A stretch of 63,876 bases of DNA from Gracilinanus agilis (GCF_016433145.1 NC_058131.1:376030949-376094824); one strand, 5' to 3'. Counted from the first letter of the stretch, positions 36,221-49,208 are shown. Notes: generated by a model not told the origin, from the sequence alone. A program made the numbers and translations.

Positions 36221-37166
36221 TCCTAAAGGATGCTTTAAAAATCAAAAGATTTAAGAATAATAATCAATTATGAATTTGGATTTTTTTTCCTTTTAGCATA
36301 ACTGTGAGCTAAATTGAGAGATGATTTTCAAGATGGTCACTTAAATATTATCTTAATTGACATATGAATAAGAATGTTATGATTTAATGGAAAGAATAAT
36401 TATGTACATGGAGTTAAAGGATCTGGGTCTGAGTCTAGGTTCTTCCACTTACTATTTAACTTACTAGTAAGAACTTGAGTAAATCATTTACCCTCACTTT
36501 AGTTTCTTCATCCAAAATATGAAAAAGAGAAGGAGTGGTATGGGCAAGATGATCTCTAAGTTCCCTTGCAAGTCTAAGTCCTATGATCCTAAAAGGAAAT
36601 AATCTCAAAATAGAATATCTTTCTTACTCTACTTACCAGTTATCATATAATTCACATTAAAGGCTTTCATTAACAAATAGAAATATTTATGACATTTTGT
36701 CTACTGTTCCTTCATATAGATAAAGTTCTTCTATCCTCAAAATCTTGTGGTAAATTGAAACACATAGCATTTCAGGATATGATCTGTAAATTTGTTTATT
36801 CTACGAATGAGAACATTCCTGGTAGAACAAAATTGTTAAAAGAGGAAACTGAAATCTAAGTCAAGGGAAGAAAAGGTTTAGAGTAACTTCCTCACTATGT
36901 ACTCACTATAAGGTCAGGCCAAAAGAATTTACTAGATAAATTATGTCACAGGATACTCAAAAACTCTGTAGGTTTGATAGATGCACCACTGCTGGTGACT
37001 TCCAAGGATTTAGATGAGAGAATGGAAAAGGGAAAATAAACAATGTATAAAATAGAGAAAGTGGATACTTCCACTTGTATAGTGGTAAGTTTGAATTGAA
37101 TTCCTGGCAAAATTCTAAAATAGATAATTTTATCTTGTTAGTAGTTAGTTAGAAGTAGATGATTGA

Positions 37167-37396
37167 GGGAAGCGAGGTGGTTCAGTGGTTTAAGAGCGAG
37201 GTGGCTCAGTGGATTAAGAGCAATCCTAAAGATGGGAGGTCCTAGCTTCAAATCTGACCTTAAGACAAGTCCTACCTGTGTGACCAGGTGGCAAGCCACT
37301 TAACCCCCCCATTGTCTAGCCCTTATGGTTCTTCTGCTTCAGAACCAGTACATGGTAATAACACTAAGACAGAAAATAAAGTTTAAAAAAAAAAAA
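37167..37396 (+). mobile_element. SINE-1_MD-like SINE with duplicated 5' head
   Basis: SINE body with A tail; 24-bp tandem duplication at 37171-37218. Confidence 0.85.
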
Positions 37397-37949
37397 GGTC
37401 ATAATCAGTAAGAGTCATCCAAATTAATTTCATTTCTTTTTAGAACAAGATGGCTACCATGGGAAAGCTCTGGATATATAGTTTATAAAATTTAGAACTG
37501 GAAGGATGCTTAATGATCTAATCCAATTTCTTCATTTTAATGATGAGGATATTAAGATTCTAAGGGTTTAGTGACTTAGATAAAAAGGAGCAAAGCTAAG
37601 ATTTAAACCCAGGTCTTCCAACTCAGTGTCCAGTATTTTTTCTACTGCATCAAACCACCTCTTTCAAGGACAGATACTAAATGTCTTTCTGAAATCCAAT
37701 GTTTCGTGATGTCATTGTGTATTAACTGTAAAGAAAAAGGTTGAATGATAGTATTTTTAGGTAGGCATAGGACTGTTTGACTGGATGGATTTATCTTTAA
37801 TATACAGATATTAATCTGAAGTAACATGATACATGGTTGTTTAGGACTTAAAAATTAATTTTTGACAATGATTTGGATAAAATAATGCACGGTATTCTTA
37901 TAAAATATGAAAATGACACAACACTATAAGAGGGGTAACCAATAAGTTA

Positions 37950-38720
37950 GATAACAGAATTGGAATACAGAAAGTTTAATAGGTTAGGATGGTAAGCTGA
38001 AGCCAACAACATGAAATACCATGGAATTAGATGTGAAATTTCTAGTTTTGGGCTAAAAAAATCCCCAACAAACAAAAAAACCCTGCAGAAGTAGAGGCTA
38101 TGGTGTATTATCAAGAAATAAGTCTCCAAAAAAAAGACCTAGAAGTTCTATTTGACTTCAATAAGTCAAAAGCTTGATTATTAGGAATCTACAAACCTGA
38201 TGAAATCTTAGGTTGCATTAATAGAACCAGTGTCCGGAATGGAGATTTTTTTTTAATGCTATGATCTGATTAGACAGGCTATATCTAGAGTACTTTTTCC
38301 AGTTTGGGATGTCATGTTTTAGAAAGGAAAATAAGAGTATACTAAAAGGAAGGCAACCAAAATGTAAAGGGAACTAGAAAACATGCTATTAAAATCTGTG
38401 GAAGGAACTAGGGATACTTAACATGAAGAAGAGAAATCTGGAAAGGTGTGAGAGATGGAGATAATTATCGCCCTTCGAATATTTAAAGAGTTGTTAGGTG
38501 GAGGAGATAGTAGATTCATTTTGTTTGGACCCAGAGAGTAAAACTAAAAGCAGCAAATGAGTTACTTTGAAATAGATTTGAATTAAACTTAAAACTTCTT
38601 AATAATTGGAACTGTAAAAAGATAGAATGATCTGCATATGAGGTAGTGATTTCCCCATCATTTGAAGTATTTCAATAGTAGTTCCATAATGATGTTTGAA
38701 TATCGTTAGAGGGAGATTCA
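37950..38720 (+). mobile_element. Ancient L3/CR1 LINE 3' fragment
   Basis: Degraded CR1-like 3' sequence (atcttaggttgcattaatag..., gaggtagtgatttccccatcatttgaagtatt). Confidence 0.65.
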
Positions 38721-38789
38721 CTCAGTCCAACTCTGTGGGAGAGTCGTCTTATTCTTGTGAGTGAAAAAATGAAATGTTAAATTACAAAC

Positions 38790-38966
38790 CAATTTAAGCT
38801 GGTTATTTTCTTCCTTTAATTTCATGACGTGTTTGATTTTTTGCTTTTGATTCTGATGACCCAATAATTTGGCATATGATTCACTAAGTTTATTCAGTTC
38901 TTCCTGTGTAGCACCATGTTCATTCAATAAAGCTCTCTTTTCTGCTTCAAACGCATCCAATTGTTG
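38790..38966 (-). CDS. HMMR: HMMR exon 16 (conserved C-terminal basic/leucine-zipper region)
   Basis: [59 protein letters not shown]; 177 nt. Confidence 0.98.
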
Positions 38967-39334
38967 CTAAAAAAGGATTAACAGAGAAAAATTTAAAGAT
39001 CAGAATTTGTAAGCTCATCCACAAACATTCAATTAAATTTTAGCAATTAAAATTTAACATATAATTCTAGCACTTCTTAGAGCATAATAATGGTAAAACG
39101 ATTACTGAATAAGTTGAGTTTTCTTTATCCTCAGACTAGAAGGTATTCAATCTTTAAACAAAAATCAGAAACTAAACCAAATTTTTTAAAAGAAAAAATT
39201 ATTAGAAAGGCTAATTCAAAAAATTTTAGCATAACAGTATTATGTTTTAATAAGAAACACAATAGAAAAAAGTCACATTATGAAAGGGAAAGAATTTTTT
39301 GGGAAGAGCTCAAGTCACAGCTATAGTTGTTGGC

Positions 39335-39536
39335 TTTTTTTTTTAACCCCTTACCTTCAATCTTAGAATCAACACTATGTATTGGTTCCAGGGCAGAAGA
39401 GTGTTAAGGGCTAGGCAATGGGGGTTAAATGATTTGCTCAGGGTCACACAGACGGGATATGCTGATGCCAAATTTGAACATGGCACCTCCTGTCTTTAGG
39501 CCTGACTCTCAAACCACTAAGCCACCTAGCTGCCCC
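39335..39536 (-). mobile_element. SINE-1_MD-like SINE
   Basis: Poly-T then reverse SINE body ending gctgcccc; tcacagctat occurs on both flanks. Confidence 0.9.
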
Positions 39537-39616
39537 TCACAGCTATTACTATAGTAATTGACATTAAACATTTCTAAGGTAAATCAAAAGTAACTTTAAA
39601 TTTATAGTGGACAAAC

Positions 39617-39710
39617 CTCAAAAGGCTTTGTTTTGTTATAAAGTTCTTCATAAAGGAGACGCCATTTTTTCACATCTTCCGTGAATTCCATATTATTTTC
39701 TCTAGTTTTG
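39617..39710 (-). CDS. HMMR: HMMR exon 15
   Basis: (S)[31 protein letters not shown]; 94 nt. Confidence 0.97.
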
Positions 39711-39790
39711 CTAAGTGAAGAAAAAAAAAGGCTAATTAACAAAAAGTAACATATTTCTAATATAAAAAATAGATGTTTATAAGATATTAC

Positions 39791-39943
39791 CTTGTTTCTT
39801 CCATTACAAGTTGTTTCTTAAAGTCTTCACTTTGTTGCTTAAGTTTATTCTGTAAATCAGATATCTGTTCTAAAGAAGAAGCTATTGCTTCTCTTACTTC
39901 TTCTTCTTTAAGGGCCAACTTGCTCTGCATGTCTAGAAACATC
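39791..39943 (-). CDS. HMMR: HMMR exon 14
   Basis: (R)[50 protein letters not shown]; 153 nt. Confidence 0.95.
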
Positions 39944-40413
39944 CTTAGATTTGAGGCAGATTAAAAAAAAATCAACTAAATATTCTAGTACTTCATGCAA
40001 AACAGCAAGATGCATATGTATGATTTTAACTTTCATTTTAATTACCATAAACATCTAATGTTAAAATTCATAAAAGTAAAATCAAATCCTATAAACCAAC
40101 GAAATAGAACACACAGCAATTCACTGCCCGAACTAACTGGTTTATAACAAAAATCTCTAATTAAATCTTATTTTTATGCTTCTCTTATGAAGATAAACAG
40201 ATTCTACTATTCTAGTAGAGTTCTGGGCTCATTATGTGAATTACTGAAACCATTTAGTAAGACATGGGAGAATTATAATCTATAAAGGTGAAGGAAGTAC
40301 CACAATGATAAAATTGGAGCTGTTTTGAAATACTAATGAAATGTAAGAAGGTTTATATAAGCATGTTGCTTAGCATTTTCTCTATAGTACTTAAGTGTGT
40401 AGGTGGCTTATAC

Positions 40414-40572
40414 CTTGTATATTCTTCATCCTTTTTATTTTTAGCATGCTGAATCTCCACCATTTGCTGCTGAATAAGCTGAACTGTTTTTTCTGCCTCA
40501 GAATTCTTTCCTTGTAGTGATGAATTCTCATGCTTTAGATCCGTCATCTCTTTAGCCACTGATACTTTATGG
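40414..40572 (-). CDS. HMMR: HMMR exon 13
   Basis: (S)HKVSVAKEMTDLKHENSSLQGKNSEAEKTVQLIQQQMVEIQHAKNKKDEEYT; 159 nt; phases fit. Confidence 0.92.
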
Positions 40573-40853
40573 CTTAACAAGAACGAAAAAAGTCAAGGTA
40601 AGTTTTTTAACCATTGTGCAGTGACAAACTATTATACTGTCAATTTGCATAGTTCAAAACCTATTTGATGCACACAGGATGAAGAATGAGAAAGGTTCTA
40701 ATTCAATTGTACCCTGGGACAACTAAAATTCAGTAAAGATAATAGTAGTTGGGGTATCATTCCTCAAGTGTTCATCTTTCATCATTATGTTTCCAGTGTA
40801 AGTTTTACAAAAGATACATAAAAATTGGAGAAACTGGGTGGTAGACTAGATAC

Positions 40854-40970
40854 CTTTCAAATTCAGCAGTGACTTCTTTAAGATTTTGTAATGTATTGTT
40901 GTATTTTTCCTGCCAGTGCAGAATGGCCTGATTGTGTGCTTCACTGCTTTTCTCAATTTCATCCTGTTTC
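40854..40970 (-). CDS. HMMR: HMMR exon 12
   Basis: (G)KQDEIEKSSEAHNQAILHWQEKYNNTLQNLKEVTAEFE; 117 nt. Confidence 0.95.
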
Positions 40971-41257
40971 CTTAGAGGAAAAAAAAAAAGATAAAACTGA
41001 TTTTTTTTTTGGCCAAAGGGAGTTTCTAAAGAATAATCATTGGGGTCAAATTATGCAAGAGAATGAGACTGACAAAAAAGAAACAATTGGCATAAAGATG
41101 TTTCACCAAAATAGTTTCTCTGAAACTATTACAAGGCTATTTGGAGTCAATATAACAATAACTTTTCTAGGGATTGTTATTGCTCAAGGACTTGAGAAAA
41201 GATATCTTTATTAAAACAAAGAATAGAAAGAAAAGCTTTAAAAATCAGCCTTTTGAG

Positions 41258-41451
41258 GGGGCAGCTTGGTGGCTCAGTGGACTGAGAGCCAGGCCCAGAG
41301 TCGGAAGGTCCTGGTTTAAATCTGTCTCAGACACTTCCTAGCTGTGTGATCCTGGGCAAGTCACTCGACCCCTATAGCAGCCCTTACCACTCTTCTGCCT
41401 TAGAAACAATAGGCAGTATTGATTCTAAGATGGAAGATAAGGGTTTAAAAA
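41258..41451 (+). mobile_element. Young SINE-1_MD-like SINE with 18-bp TSD
   Basis: TSD aaaaatcagccttttgag at 41240-41257 and 41452-41469. Confidence 0.95.
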
Positions 41452-42001
41452 AAAAATCAGCCTTTTGAGAAAAGTTTCACATACTAAGAATGGACAACAA
41501 TACCAAAAAAAATTTTTGCTTTGAAAATATGCTTGCTTTTAAGCCAAAAATCAGATTAGAAAACTAGGCAGAACTAAAATAAAACTGTAGAGAAAAATTT
41601 CAATTACAAAATATGTTTGAACAATGTAAGAAAACAAAGTCATGAATAAGTGAATTAAGAACCTATCACCTGATCCTCCTATCAATTTGATACTTTTCAA
41701 GATAGAAAAGACCTTAGAAATCATTTAATCTAAGCCTCTTATTTTATAGATGAGGAAACTTCAGCCCAGTTAGTTCAAGTGATTTGAGATGCCCGAGTCA
41801 GTTAATGGTAGCAGTAGGGCTAGAACTCAGGCATTCCGAATTCAAGGCCCCTGTTCTTCTACACAATCAAGAAGCTAAATAACCTCAGAACTTGCCTCTT
41901 TTTCAAAAGATCACAATTAAAATCTGTAAAGCAAAAGAACCAAGACAGAATGTTTTTATTTGTAATTTCAACTTAAAAATTAAACTAAAGATTCTACAAA
42001 C

Positions 42002-42216
42002 CCCTTAAGCTTTTCTTCTAAGAGTTGGAGCTCTGTAGCTCTGGATGTATTCTCTTGTTCCAGTTGCTTCACCAGTCTTTCAGCCTGTTCTTCCTTTTGT
42101 TGCAGTTTATCTAGCTCACTCAACACTTGTTTTAATTCTTCTTCAAAAAGATTTTTCTCATTAATTATCTCTTCTTGGAATAGACAAAGCTTCTGATTAA
42201 GACTAGATGATAATTC
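42002..42216 (-). CDS. HMMR: HMMR exon 11
   Basis: [71 protein letters not shown]; 215 nt. Confidence 0.97.
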
Positions 42217-42368
42217 CTAAGACCAAACATCATCCCAAATTATTCTTACATATTAGAAAACCAAAATTGAGAGGTGCATATCAAGGTGGAATCAATCAAC
42301 ACAAAATACTAAGCTTAAGAATTAATAGAACAATATTTCTTCATATTGGAGAACAAGTAAATATTTAC

Positions 42369-42517
42369 CTGTTCTCGTTGAAGACATGAATCAATTTCTG
42401 TCTGCTTTTGTGCCAGCTTTTCATTTTCTTGTTTTTCTAGAGTTAATCTTTTTTTCAAGCTTAGTATCTCAGTATTGAGATTTTGTTCTTGTTCTTTGTC
42501 TTGCTTGACAAGTTCCT
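42369..42517 (-). CDS. HMMR: HMMR exon 10
   Basis: (E)ELVKQDKEQEQNLNTEILSLKKRLTLEKQENEKLAQKQTEIDSCLQREQ; 149 nt. Confidence 0.95.
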
Positions 42518-43310
42518 CTATAAAATGACATTTCAAAAACATAACTAGATAAAGCATTATACTTGGATGAAAGCAATTTCATATTAACAGTCCATCTCTT
42601 TTTTTACTATTTAAGTAGATTTAAGTATTCATTAAACAAAAAAACAAAAAACTCCAACTGCTTTAAGTACACTTAATTATCTGTCCTGTTTCTTCACAAA
42701 CTATATCATGCATTAATTCAAGTCTATAGAAATAAATATCATTGTAAATTTTTACCAGTTCAAACCAACTAGGGAAGAAGTAAAAAAACTGAATAATTCA
42801 ATAACTGAAAAGAAATGGAACTATAATACTAATTAGATTGACTGTTCTGGGGGGTGGGAAATGCTTAATATTGGCAATTATCATACATAAAAATTATTAA
42901 CTGGAAGGTTTTTAAAAAAACCTACTTAGACTATTGAGACAAGTCCCCCTATTGACATTAATGCCAAGAATAAATCATGTTAGAAAAACTTAAATTCAAT
43001 TAATCATATACTCTTATAATAATGTACTCCCAAAGAAGTTTTTGCCTGTTATAACATTTCATAGTCTTTAAAAATGCTATAATTAATGCTGATTTAAAAG
43101 CCTAGTTCTTTACTTATCACCCCACCAGAAAATCAAGAATTATGTTTAAAGCAGCATTAATGAATTAACATTATTAGAGGCTTAATGGTTTTGAATAAAA
43201 AGCCTATAAAATAGATTTTATTTCCCTGACCATTCATATTTATATAGCACTATTTTCTTTCTTTCTTTGCTATTTTTAAGCTATCATTTATGTGATTTAA
43301 GTAATTGTAC

Positions 43311-43489
43311 CTTTTTCCTTTTCAAGTGTCTCACATCTAGTGTTCAGGTCTTTAATGTTTTTAGATAATACATCCACATTTTCATCCAGAGATTGCTTAA
43401 GGATTAAAATCTCTTGATTCTTCTGATTCAAAGTCTCTTCTAATTGGACAATATCCATCTTATATTTTTCCATTTGATCTGATGTACAG
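43311..43489 (-). CDS. HMMR: HMMR exon 9
   Basis: (S)[59 protein letters not shown]; 179 nt. Confidence 0.97.
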
Positions 43490-43581
43490 CTTCATTTAAA
43501 CAAACAAAAAAAATCTAAATCTTGTTAGATATGTTTCATATTTTACTAATTAAGAATCACTTGAGAAAACATTTACATTAC

Positions 43582-43656
43582 CTGATTTCTGTAATATATT
43601 TCAAGAGGTTTTCAATTTCTAATTTTTCTTCAGTGTTTTCTTTTTCTGAAGTAACT
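43582..43656 (-). CDS. HMMR: HMMR exon 8
   Basis: (I)VTSEKENTEEKLEIENLLKYITEI; 75 nt. Confidence 0.95.
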
Positions 43657-44082
43657 CTACAAAAAATGATGGGATGTATATTTTAATATAATCTCAATAA
43701 AAATTATGGCCAAGGTAAAGTTTTACTTTAAAGATTTTTTAAAATTACATAAATTGTTAGGTTATGTTCTAAGACTAGTGAATAATCTTTTGAATAGCTT
43801 AAAGAAAAATTCAGAACCTATTGAGAAATTCATGCATCATAAGATCATCAAACATAACTCACTGAAAAACCTCAATTCTCTAGATGGGGACATAATAGTA
43901 GTGGAACCACTTCATCTTTAAGTTTACAAGTCAATAGGAAAAAAGGTACTCTTGTGGAAAGTGAGTCTAAAAAATTCTGACAATAGGTCTATGTAGAGAA
44001 ATTATGAAAAACAGTTTAATAGAGGCTTTCATTCAAATTAGTTTTGCCCAATGTTAGTCTTTTTTCTAGTTTACCAACTTAC

Positions 44083-44180
44083 ATTTTTTCCTCTAGTTGG
44101 TCCAAATTTCCTTGAGAATGAAGATTCTTCTGTGCCGAATATAGTTTGATTTCCTTCCCTTCTTGTTTATCAACAACATT
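44083..44180 (-). CDS. HMMR: HMMR exon 7
   Basis: NVVDKQEGKEIKLYSAQKNLHSQGNLDQLEEK; 98 nt; preceded by a 78-nt intron. Confidence 0.93.
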
Positions 44181-44258
44181 CTAAACAATAAAATGAAAAT
44201 TGGTAGTAGGAAAAAACTCTTATGGTCTTAATAAAACAAACTTGAAATTAGTATTTAC

Positions 44259-44348
44259 CTTCTTCTTTGTTTCCATCTTATTCTTCAGTTTCATTAACTC
44301 TAAGCTTAGAAGACTTATTTTCTTCTGGTGGCTACCATCTTCAGAAAA
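44259..44348 (-). CDS. HMMR: HMMR exon 6
   Basis: FSEDGSHQKKISLLSLELMKLKNKMETKKK; 90 nt. Confidence 0.96.
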
Positions 44349-45364
44349 CTTGAAAACAATTTAAAAATCAGAAACATTTTAGCTACAAATAATTATTAAA
44401 TAGTGTCAGTTTCTTGTCGACCTAACTATAGTCTTTTCCAAAATGCTGCGATAAGGATAATCAGCTCATGATGTAAGAGCAGTTCCAATTCTCCATTACT
44501 GATCATACAGACTCACACACCTTTTATTTACTTTGTCACATCTGCTCCTGGACATCCTGATATGTTTAGAGGCTACTTAAGCAATAGCTAACCCTTTGCT
44601 ATGGACTCTTCCTTCCAAGATCCCAAAGCAGACCTATTTGCCTCCTTAAAACACTACTAATTCAAAATACCCACTTTAGCTCTAAACATGCATGTAATAA
44701 GCAAAGCCAATATGAATCAAGGTTTAGTAGAATTGTGCTTTTCTCATTCAATAGAGGATGATTTTTGGCAAATACTTAGAATTTTCTTATAGGTACAACA
44801 ACCCATTTAGTGTACCAAAAATCATTATCTAATTGGCAAATCCTAGTAGAGAAAATATGTACTCTAAAGCATGTTTACAAATTAATGTGATTTTCTTGTA
44901 GATTATTTTACTGGCTCAAAATGATAAAAGATTATATTATACAAACAAAAAAGAACTTTAGCCCAAATTTTCACCTTCTTCTATCTATAAGCATTTTCAT
45001 AGGAAGGGATTTATTGACTCTGTTCACAGTTTTCAAAATTATTAAAATGTGAATAGAACTTTTTAGAAATCACTTAATTTAAAAAAAGTAGTCAATTAAG
45101 TAAACTCCTTAAATTGCTTTTTGGTATCAAACTTATTCACTGATTGCATAAAATCCCTATAACAATAATTGTTTCTTAAAATCATAAATAGGTAATTCTC
45201 CTTATTTTGGTCAACTAGCCCATGTGCAATCAGTAGCAGAAGGGGAAAAAAATAAATTAGTAACTTTTTAAAATGAGAAATTTTTTTAAAATGTCACTTT
45301 AAGAAGAGGGAATAAAGTTCTATTCAACAAATACTTTTAGTAACATACTCAGAAGAAAAAAAAA

Positions 45365-45472
45365 GGGGGCAGCTGAGTGGCTCAGTGGATTGAGAGCCAG
45401 GCCTAGAGTCAGGAGGCCCTAGGTTCAAATCTGACCCAGCCCTTACCATTCTTCTGCCTTGGAGCCAATACT
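45365..45472 (+). mobile_element. SINE-1_MD-like SINE, internally deleted, running into a gap
   Basis: ggggcagctgagtggctcagtggattgagagccagg... Confidence 0.85.
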
Positions 45473-45634
45473 NNNNNNNNNNNNNNNNNNNNNNNNNNNN
45501 NNNNNNNNNNNNNNNNNNNNNNNNNNNNNNNNNNNNNNNNNNNNNNNNNNNNNNNNNNNNNNNNNNNNNNNNNNNNNNNNNNNNNNNNNNNNNNNNNNNN
45601 NNNNNNNNNNNNNNNNNNNNNNNNNNNNNNNNNN
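45473..45634. other. Assembly gap (162 N)
   Basis: Run of N in HMMR intron 5; exon phases on either side are consistent, so no exon appears to be missing. Confidence 1.
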
Positions 45635-46879
45635 GATAGATTTTTGTCAAAACCTGGAAAACTATGGTAGAGTAGAAAAGAAGTAAAGATAGAGACCCAG
45701 GTTCAATTCCCCGTTCTGTTCCCAACCAGTCTGGTGAGTCAGACCATTTATTTAGGCATTTTGGGCCTCAGTTTCCTCATCAATAAAATAGGGAGGCTAT
45801 ATTATCAGGGTCTTCCTGCTCCAGAAAGTGCTGTTTTGGGTTTTTTTTTTTAAATTTAAGAATTGTCAGGGTATAAAAGAAGGTGGCTATGTACCATGCT
45901 GCTCCCTACTGGGAAGGTCTCCCAAGTTGAGAACAAGTAGCTGAGAGACTGACCATAAGACTAATATATCCCAGAATAAAACTACTTGAGGGAAAAATAA
46001 ATGCATATATTAACTATATAAAGAACTATATGATAGAGTGAGAGCTCAGTGATAAAAAGGGATAGAGTGGGAGACCCGAAGTGCAGCTGACCTGAGTTCA
46101 AATCTTGCCTCAGGCACTTACTAACTATAAGCATGGGGAAATCACTTCACTTCTGTCTCAATTTCCTCATCTGTAAAATGAGGATACTAATAGCACATAA
46201 CTCACATGGCTATTATGAGGACAAATGAATTAATGTGAAAAACACTGTTAAAAGCTTAATGTACTATATAAATTAAGATTATTCGTATATAACTTACTTA
46301 TACATGCATAAAAATGCATAGCATTATTTATTTTAAAAGAAAAAAATTAAGGTATTAATTATAATGCTAATAATCATGAAACTAAAATTCTGCATGTATA
46401 TTAAATTCAAATCACATTGTCTATGATTGTTCAATAAATAATGGATAAATTTTTTTAGCTTAAATCCTTTCAATCTTTATAATAATGTTTATTTAAATTG
46501 GGAGGAGGGAGTGTGTGGGTAGATTAGGAAAAGGAACTTCTGAAGAACAGTTGCCACAATGTGTCTTCTGGGCTAAAATAACATGTGTCAGTATAACCAT
46601 AAAAAGAAACTTTCTAGCATTCATAAATTTAGTTTGAAAAGACAAAAAAAATCTTCCAAGATACGTAAATACATTTTTCTTTTGCAAAGCATGGATATTC
46701 TGAACTTAATGCAAATATTCAATAAAATTATTTAAAATCTGTATTCTTAAAAAACAATTATGAAAAATGATTACGAGAGCAGCTTTCATACTCAAGGAAT
46801 AAGTTTAGTAACTAAGATTACAACTAACATTGCTGACATAAACAAAAATAATTTGAACTTAAATGTAAGGCCTAAATAC

Positions 46880-47068
46880 CTTTATTTTTAGAATTTCATT
46901 AGCTCTAGTTAATTCAATAAGCTGCTTTTCCAAAGATGCAATATTCGCTAAGAGAGATGTTTTTTCTCTGACTGCTATGTTGAGCTTTGCTTCCATTTTC
47001 TCAAACTCTGCTTCCAGATCCTGAAGATGTTTATCCTGAATTCCTCGCTCTTGGACTAGGGCACGTAT
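46880..47068 (-). CDS. HMMR: HMMR exon 5
   Basis: [63 protein letters not shown]; 189 nt. Confidence 0.98.
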
Positions 47069-47606
47069 CTAGAATCAGAAGAATGAAAAATAAAGTTCCA
47101 TATCTGCAAATACACACACATTGAATTTCATATACCAATAAAACCTAAATTTTGCCTATTTCAATCAACCAGTACTAACTTCCCATTCCTATGTTCCTTT
47201 TACTTTAGCTGTATCTTACCTACCCCAAAGGTATTTTCAACAATTTGAATAAGAATCAACAATTTTTTCCCCCAATTGGACTTAACAATTTAAAGTAATC
47301 TTACAGGAAAATTTAACAAGATTTAAGATTTACTTACGGATGAAATTAAGCAGTTTCAGGTCCCACAGATTTATGTATATAAACTGTTATGTTTGGAAGG
47401 GATCTTAAGAGATCTTTTTAAGGAAATGTCAGAGCAGGAATAACTTCAAGGTCACAGTAGTTCTGTTAGTAGTAGTTAGTTAGTAGAACTAGTTAGTAGC
47501 TCAACTGGAATTAGAACTCATATTCTAGTGTCCAATTCAGGGATTTTTGAGGGGGTGGGGGGAGGTGAGGTTTGCTATACAGCACTTTCCTCAATTCCCT
47601 TAAAAA

Positions 47607-47741
47607 ATATTCTTATTTATAAAATCATACAAAAAGTTATCATACCAACAATCGCTATTATTTTTCTTATTTATAAAATCTTATTTATATTCTTATTTAT
47701 AAAATCATACAAAAAGTTATCATACAATCACTATTATTTTT
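47607..47741 (+). repeat. Tandem duplication, 80-bp period
   Basis: Identical 39-mer at 47607-47645 and 47687-47725. Confidence 0.95.
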
Positions 47742-48014
47742 ATAACCATAAGCTTTCAAATACCTAGTATCCCACAAAAAAGCTTTTGAATAAATAAATC
47801 TCACAAAAATTATTTTCCATTCCATTAATTTTAGGATTGTCATTGGTGTCAACTTCTAAAATTTATAAGGTATTTTACCAGAAATCATTGAAAAAGTAAC
47901 TACATTATAAACATTTACTGAATAGTTATTATGGAAAAGATATTATGCTAATAGCTAGAGACACAATGTATCTTATGTTATACAAAGACTTTTTGTACTT
48001 CTAAACACCATGTC

Positions 48015-49100
48015 ATATGAAATGGCTCTCCTTGTTAAGGCAAATCCCTCTACATGCCATTCTATCTCATATTCTTTAGGAGATTCCCCCATTTATTATC
48101 CCTACTCTTACTAATTTTCAATCTATCCCTATCTACCAGCTGCTTCTCTACTGCCTATAAACATGCTCATGTCTCCCCCATCCTCAAAAAAATTCTCAGT
48201 AGATTATCTCATAACTCTCCTCCCTTTTGTAGCTAAATTCCTTGAGAAGGTTATCTACAATAGATGCCTATACCTCCTTTCCTCTCACTTTCTTTTAACT
48301 CTATACACAGTCAGTCTTGTGATGTCATAATTCAACTAAAACTGCTCTTTCCAAAGTTACCAATGATCTAACTGCCAAATCTGATGGCCTTTTTCTCAAG
48401 CCTTATCCTTCTTGACCTTCTCTGCAGCTTCTGACACTGTCAACCATCCTCTTCCCCCTAATACTTTCTTGTAAATGTTTGTGACACTCCTGGTTCTCCT
48501 CCTACCTATCTTGCCACTTCTCAGCTTCCTTTGTTACATTTTCATCCAGGTCATGCTCATTACCCTTGAGTGATCTAAAAGGCTCTGTACTGGGCCCTCT
48601 TCTCTTTATAATATTTTATTTGGTGATCTCAATAGCTCCTTTGGATTCAATCATTATCTCTCTGTTGTTAATTCACAAGTCTACTTATCCAGCCTTAACC
48701 TCTTATTCAAACCTCTAGTCTTACACCTTGAACTACCTACTGGACATCTCAAACTGGATATCCAATAGACATAAACTCAAAACAGGCAAAAGTGAACTTA
48801 TTATTTTTCTGCCTCGGGTCCTTCCCACTTCCTAATTTCCCTATGACTATTGAAAGTGCCATCATATGCCTAGTCACCTACACTCATAACCTAGGTATCA
48901 TCCTCAGCTCATCACTCTTTTCTCATTCATCCCCTCCAAAGTCTTGTCAAAGACTGCTGATTTTACCTTTGCAATATCTTTCTAAAATCATCTTTCTAAA
49001 GTGAACTTCCTAAAATGCATGTCTAATCATGTCTCTCCTTCCCTCTTTTCCCTTTGCCCCCTCCATTCCTTTCAACATACTCCAGTGGTTCTTTGTTAAC
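48015..49100 (+). mobile_element. LINE-2 fragment
   Basis: L2 reverse-transcriptase-region remnants (aactgctctttccaaagttaccaatgatc...gcagcttctgacactgtcaacc). Confidence 0.75.
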
Positions 49101-49151
49101 TCTGCTTTGCTTTGCTTTACATTTAAGTAACTGAAAATAATTTTTTCTTAC

Positions 49152-49208
49152 CTCTTTCTCCTGAATCTTCAATTTTTTCAGCTCTTTAATATTCTTTTGA
49201 GATTTTGT
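49152..49208 (-). CDS. HMMR: HMMR exon 4
   Basis: TKSQKNIKELKKLKIQEKE; ag/gtaaga; 57 nt, phase 0-0. Confidence 0.9.

Noticed and set aside
40845-40853. Donor GTATCT after HMMR exon 12 as a possible U12 intron
   Set aside because: The U12 consensus is GTATCCTT; here it reads gtatctag.
40860-40890. Apparent frameshift in HMMR exon 12
   Set aside because: A careful re-read gives CTT AAA GAA GTC; the frame is intact at 117 nt.
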